From SAR116 cluster bacterium AG-325-F22 (GTDB lineage: Bacteria; Pseudomonadota; Alphaproteobacteria; Puniceispirillales; Marisalimonadaceae), in the NCBI GenBank assembly GCA_003282885.1, contig QBYJ01000004.1:461-64460 (forward strand): a DNA stretch of 64,000 nucleotides, in the 5' to 3' direction. The translations under genes and the position numbers were made by a program. Positions 59,750-64,000 of this stretch are shown piece by piece (the stretch's first letter is position 1; each line of letters opens with the position of its first letter). Under the pieces are notes generated by a model. It worked only from the letters and a program-made list of their open reading frames with translations. It had not been told where the DNA came from and searched no databases.

Positions 59750-60748
59750 TTAAATAGTTTTACTAACCATTCCAACAATATCAACTAATCGGTTAGCATA
59801 ACCCCATTCATTATCATACCAAGCATATAATTTTAATTGAGTTTTGTTTATTACCATTGTTGATAGGGCGTCTATTATTGAACTCCTTGGGTCATTAACA
59901 AAGTCAGTTGATACTAATGGACGATCTTCATATCCAAGAATACCTTTAAGTTCATTTTCACTTGAGTTTTTAAGCATAGAATTGACTTCGTCTTCATTAA
60001 CAGGACGTTTCATTTCAAAGACGCAGTCAGTTAAGGATGCATTTAATAGAGGTACTCTTACTGCGTGGCCATTTAACTTACCTTTGAGTTCAGGGTAAAT
60101 AAGTGAAATAGCCTTGGCAGATCCAGTAGTTGTTGGAATTAAGTTATTTACTGCAGACCTGGCCCTTCTAAGATTATTTTGAGGAATATCAACTAATGTT
60201 TGGCTATTGGTTAAATTATGAATTGTTGTTATAGAGCCGTGAACTATGCCTATATTTTCGTGTATTACCTTAATTATAGGGGCTATGCAGTTGGTAGTAC
60301 AACTTGCAGCTGTAATTATATTATGTTTATTTAGGTTATATATGTTTTGATTTACACCATAAGCTATATTTGCAATGTTTTTCTCGTTTATAGGAGCTGA
60401 GACAACAACTTTCTTTATACCTTTGTCAAAATATTTTTTTAAATCTGACGAGTTATTATGTGCCCCAGTGCAATCGATTAAGATATCAATGTTGTTTAGA
60501 TCTAAGTTTTCAATATTTTTTTGGAACGTTGATTGAATATTTTTTTTGTTAATTGAAATTTTTTCATTATCTAGTTTAAAGCTAGCGTCCCATTTACCAT
60601 GAATACTATCAAACTCTAGACTGTGTAATAGAGAAGAAGGATTTCCATTAAGTTCATTTAAATATGTTACTTTATAATCATTTGAGATAAGTAATTTTAA
60701 AACTAACTTACCTATTCTACCTATACCGTTAATGGCTATATTAGTCAT
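59750..60748 (-). CDS. gap: ArsJ-associated glyceraldehyde-3-phosphate dehydrogenase
   Basis: INGIGRIG, 'TAASCTTNC', 'LNGHAVRVPL.NASLTD', WYDNE; co-oriented with arsJ. Confidence 0.9.
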   Translation of the reverse strand: MTNIAINGIGRIGKLVLKLLISNDYKVTYLNELNGNPSSLLHSLEFDSIHGKWDASFKLDNEKISINKKNIQSTFQKNIENLDLNNIDILIDCTGAHNNSSDLKKYFDKGIKKVVVSAPINEKNIANIAYGVNQNIYNLNKHNIITAASCTTNCIAPIIKVIHENIGIVHGSITTIHNLTNSQTLVDIPQNNLRRARSAVNNLIPTTTGSAKAISLIYPELKGKLNGHAVRVPLLNASLTDCVFEMKRPVNEDEVNSMLKNSSENELKGILGYEDRPLVSTDFVNDPRSSIIDALSTMVINKTQLKLYAWYDNEWGYANRLVDIVGMVSKTI

Positions 60749-60810
60749 TTTCTGTCCTACTAATCATAATCTCTATTTTCAATTTAAATTATTTAATGTT
60801 TCATTAAAAT

Positions 60811-60855
60811 ATTATAAACTTTGCCTACAACATAATTATTACAGATTTATTAAGC
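60811..60855 (-). promoter_or_regulatory. Putative PhoB-activated promoter for gap-arsJ
   Basis: Minus strand reads GCTTAAT-AAAT-CTGTAAT-AATT-ATGTTGT-N10-TATAAT: 11-bp periodic Pho-box half-sites 10 nt upstream of a perfect -10. Confidence 0.65.
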
Positions 60856-60873
60856 TCCAAGGATTTCTATTGA

Positions 60874-61911
60874 ATGAATAATATACATATACCGTCAAAT
60901 ATTGATAATTTAAGTCAAATTTTAGAAGATGGTCTGATATTATGCAATGAAAGTGGTCTTATAATTTCATCTAATGATGTAGCCAGGCAATTTCTAAATA
61001 AAAAACTAAATAGCAGAAATATTTATGAATTTATAGAAATTGCTGAATTTAAAAATCTAGAAGAAAGTAATCAAAAAAATAATTTAAATGAAGAATTTCA
61101 CTTTCAAACAAGTGATATATTAAAAAGATCTCTAATAATAAAAGTTAAAAAAATTGAAGACAATTTATTTGCAATTCTTCTTCTTGATATGACTTCACAA
61201 AGAAATCTTGAAAAAGTAAGACGTGATTTTGTAGCTAATGTAAGTCATGAGCTAAGATCACCACTAACTAGTCTTGTTGGATTTATAGAAACTTTATTAA
61301 GTGGCAACGTACAAGACGAAGAAACTAGGAATAAGTTCTTAAAAATAATGGACGAAGAATCTAAAAGAATGAATAGATTAATAGATGATATTTTATCTTT
61401 GTCAAAAGTTGAAACAGAAGAACATATTACACCTAACACAACTATTTCACTTATAGACCCAATCAAACATATTATTTCATCCATTAATGAAAAACGTTTA
61501 AAAGAAGATAATAAAATATTAATTGATGATTTAAGAGATGATCCTGAAATAAATTTTTTTATCAGTGGCAATATTGATGAAATTAATCAAGTATTTGTCA
61601 ATCTTTTAGAAAATGCAATCAAATATGGTTTTGATAATACTAATGTCATAGTAAGAATAGAACAGTTAAAAAATAAAGAGATTAAAGTCAGTGTTATTAA
61701 TAATGGAGAAGGAATACCTGATAAATATATTGAAAGGCTTACTGAGAGATTTTTTCGTGTTGATAAAGCAAGGTCAAGGAAAATAGGTGGTACTGGTCTT
61801 GGCTTAGCAATTGTAAAGCATATTCTTATCAAGCATAGAGCACAATTATCTATAAACAGCACTCCTAATCAAGAAACTAACTTCTCAATCACTTTTCCAA
61901 TAATAAATTAA
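60874..61911 (+). CDS. phoR: Phosphate regulon sensor kinase PhoR (no evident TM segment)
   Basis: PAS-like N-terminus, 'DFVANVSHELRSPL', N-box, 'ERFFRVDKARSR..GGTGLGLAIVKH'. Confidence 0.88.
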   Translation: MNNIHIPSNIDNLSQILEDGLILCNESGLIISSNDVARQFLNKKLNSRNIYEFIEIAEFKNLEESNQKNNLNEEFHFQTSDILKRSLIIKVKKIEDNLFAILLLDMTSQRNLEKVRRDFVANVSHELRSPLTSLVGFIETLLSGNVQDEETRNKFLKIMDEESKRMNRLIDDILSLSKVETEEHITPNTTISLIDPIKHIISSINEKRLKEDNKILIDDLRDDPEINFFISGNIDEINQVFVNLLENAIKYGFDNTNVIVRIEQLKNKEIKVSVINNGEGIPDKYIERLTERFFRVDKARSRKIGGTGLGLAIVKHILIKHRAQLSINSTPNQETNFSITFPIIN

Positions 61912-61913
61912 AA

Positions 61914-61931
61914 CTGTAATAAAAACGTAAT
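61914..61931 (+). promoter_or_regulatory. Putative Pho box upstream of pit
   Basis: CTGTAAT-AAAA-ACGTAAT matches CTGTCAT-A(A/T)A(T/A)-CTGTCA(C/T) spacing. Confidence 0.65.
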
Positions 61932-61978
61932 GTTTAACATTTAAGACGATTTCATAATAAATATTAAGGAGTTGCTGA

Positions 61979-63430
61979 GTGAATAATAATAGTAATAAAA
62001 CAGATTATAGATACGTTAACGATCTAAGGCGATTAGCTTATTCCCAAGGCAAATTAATCGAACAAAAAAAATTCTTAATATTATTAGGCATAGCAGCAAT
62101 TTTTTTAATATTAGTTGCAGTGGTTGTTGAGCAATATATTTCTTTAGGAAGCGAGCAAACTTTTATTTTAGTTGCTGCTGCAATGGTTGGTGGATATATG
62201 GCGCTTAATATTGGTGCAAATGATGTTGCCAATAATATGGGACCAGCAGTAGGTGGAAAAGTTATCTCTGTGGGTACTGCAGTTGTTATTGCAGCAATAT
62301 GTGAAAGTTCTGGTGCGTTATTGGCTGGAGGAGATGTGGTTAGCACTGTTTCTAAGGGCATAATATCACCAGGAGATTTTGTAACTACAACAGATTTTAG
62401 ATATCTAATGTTAAGTGCATTATTAGCTGCTGCTCTTTGGATAAATTTAGCAACTTTTTTTAATTCACCTGTATCGACAACACATTCCATTGTAGGTGGT
62501 ATTCTTGGAGCAGGTCTTACAGTAGCGGGAGCTTCGATTGTTAATTGGGGTACAATGGCTGCTATAGCAGCTAGTTGGGTTATTTCTCCTGTTTTTGGGG
62601 GGGGGGTAGCTGCGCTATTATTATACTTAATAATTGTAAAAATTTTAAATGTTAAAGATAAAAGAGAAGCCGCCTCTAAATGGGTTCCAATTTTAATTTC
62701 TTTGATGGCTGGTGCTTTTACAGCATACATGGCTCTAAAAGGGCTCAAAAAAATTTACAAGTTTAGTACTTATGAAGTCTATTTATACACTGTTATTTTT
62801 ATGATGCTGGCATATTTTCTTTCTAAGCCATATATAAAAAATAAAGTTAAATCTTTAGAAAACAAGAAAGAAGATATTTATAAATTATTTCATTTGCCTC
62901 TTCTTTTTGGTGTTGCGCTTCTATGTTTTGCTCATGGAGCTAACGATGTAGCTAATGCTATTGGGCCACTTGCTGCAATAGTTAGCACATTTACACCAAA
63001 TGAAGGTATTGCTGCAAAAGTGTCTATTCCATTATGGGTGATGGTTATTGGAGCAATAGGTATTGCATTAGGACTATTGTTGTTTGGCCCTAAGTTAATA
63101 AATACAGTAGGTCAAAAAATAACTAGATTAAATGCACCTAGAGCTTACTGTGTAGCTTTATCGTCAGCAATTACAGTTCTAATTGCTACGACTTTAGGGT
63201 TACCTGTTAGCTCTACACATATTGCTATAGGCGCTATTTTTGGAATTGGTTTTTTAAGAGAGTTTAGAGAAAACCCAGAAAGAAACTCATCATCAACTTC
63301 AAGGGCTAAAAGAAAGTTGGTTAGAAGAAATTTTGTATATTCAATAGGTGCTGCTTGGATTATAACAGTCCCTGCGTCAGCAACTATTGCAGGTACTATT
63401 TATTATTTGTTAAGTATAAGTTCTTTATAA
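61979..63430 (+). CDS. pit: PiT-family inorganic phosphate transporter
   Basis: Two signature motifs GANDVAN, plus PVSTTH and PVSSTH; GTG start with AAGGAG RBS. Confidence 0.92.
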   Translation: MNNNSNKTDYRYVNDLRRLAYSQGKLIEQKKFLILLGIAAIFLILVAVVVEQYISLGSEQTFILVAAAMVGGYMALNIGANDVANNMGPAVGGKVISVGTAVVIAAICESSGALLAGGDVVSTVSKGIISPGDFVTTTDFRYLMLSALLAAALWINLATFFNSPVSTTHSIVGGILGAGLTVAGASIVNWGTMAAIAASWVISPVFGGGVAALLLYLIIVKILNVKDKREAASKWVPILISLMAGAFTAYMALKGLKKIYKFSTYEVYLYTVIFMMLAYFLSKPYIKNKVKSLENKKEDIYKLFHLPLLFGVALLCFAHGANDVANAIGPLAAIVSTFTPNEGIAAKVSIPLWVMVIGAIGIALGLLLFGPKLINTVGQKITRLNAPRAYCVALSSAITVLIATTLGLPVSSTHIAIGAIFGIGFLREFRENPERNSSSTSRAKRKLVRRNFVYSIGAAWIITVPASATIAGTIYYLLSISSL

Positions 63431-63532
63431 ATATTAATTTCATAAGTTTTAATTTTAGATCTTCATTTATTAAAAAATTGGTATTAAAGAAATAAAAAAT
63501 CATATAGCTTTATAAAAACATATGAATTCAAC

Positions 63533-64000
63533 ATGAATGCAAACATTTTAATAGCAGATGATGAGCCTAATCAATTAGAGTTGATGTCCTTCAATTTAAG
63601 TAATGCTGGGTATTCTATTATTAAAGCTACAAACGGCAAAGAGGCTATCGAGCTGATTGAAAATCATTCTCCTGATTTAATAATTTTAGATTGGATGATG
63701 CCAAAAATGTCAGGCATTGATGCATGCCGAACTCTAAGATCTAGATCTGAAACCAAACAAATACCTATAATAATTTTAAGTGCTAGAAGCGAAGACTCAG
63801 ATAAGTCTCTTGGTTTAGATGCTGGTGCAGACGATTACATATCTAAACCATTTTCTCCAAAAGAGTTTATTTCAAGAGTTAAAGCTCTACTAAGGCGTTC
63901 TAAACCTTCACTTGTAAATGATGTTTTACAACATAATAGCTTAATACTCTCTTTAAGTGAAATGTCTGTTACATATCATAATAAAAATGTAAAATTAGGT
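63533..64000 (+). CDS. phoB: Response regulator PhoB (runs off the window; absent from the ORF track)
   Basis: Manual translation MNANILIADDEPNQLELMSFNL...PDLIILDWMMPKMSG...IPIIILSAR...GLDAGADDYISKPFSPKE..SRVKALLRR. Confidence 0.88.
   Translation, partial: MNANILIADDEPNQLELMSFNLSNAGYSIIKATNGKEAIELIENHSPDLIILDWMMPKMSGIDACRTLRSRSETKQIPIIILSARSEDSDKSLGLDAGADDYISKPFSPKEFISRVKALLRRSKPSLVNDVLQHNSLILSLSEMSVTYHNKNVKLG

Noticed and set aside
62038-62748. 236-aa antisense ORF inside pit, and similar antisense ORFs at 2717, 3997, 27271, 53295 and 61245
   Set aside because: Shadow frames of well-supported genes; hydrophobic-codon bias removes stops on the opposite strand, and they show no motifs.
63436-63456. 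Pho box upstream of phoB
   Set aside because: TTCAT/TTAAT half-sites are 10 rather than 11 nt apart and poorly matched.

Overview
Gene-dense, strongly AT-rich (roughly 30% GC by eye) bacterial chromosome segment. Gene content and order (phoR/phoB, TAXI-TRAP, COG0523-WD40 cluster, ROSE/RpoH-type hsp20) suggest a streamlined marine alphaproteobacterium; this is an inference. I see no rRNA, tRNA, CRISPR array or transposase. Left to right: the end of a TPR protein; a peptide ABC transporter; a ~9.5 kb uncharacterised operon (degenerate HAD, sugar-type ABC importer, two multi-SnoaL proteins, cupin, MetE-like Zn enzyme); a sensor-less adenylate cyclase behind three tiny alpha/beta-barrel proteins; aldehyde dehydrogenase with DUF779; assorted oxidoreductases; a putative Zur-controlled low-zinc island (iota-carbonic anhydrase, DUF1289, zur, two COG0523 GTPases of which one has a premature stop, WD40, folE) with a cysteine-less sirtuin nearby; BVMO/enolase-family genes; hsp20 with a ROSE-like thermometer; a TAXI-TRAP system frameshifted in a G9 tract; purine, thiamin and aromatic catabolism genes; sodB; and a phosphate/arsenate locus in which gap-arsJ has a PhoB-type promoter and a PiT transporter sits between phoR and phoB. 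All family calls come from motif recognition by eye, not database searches.
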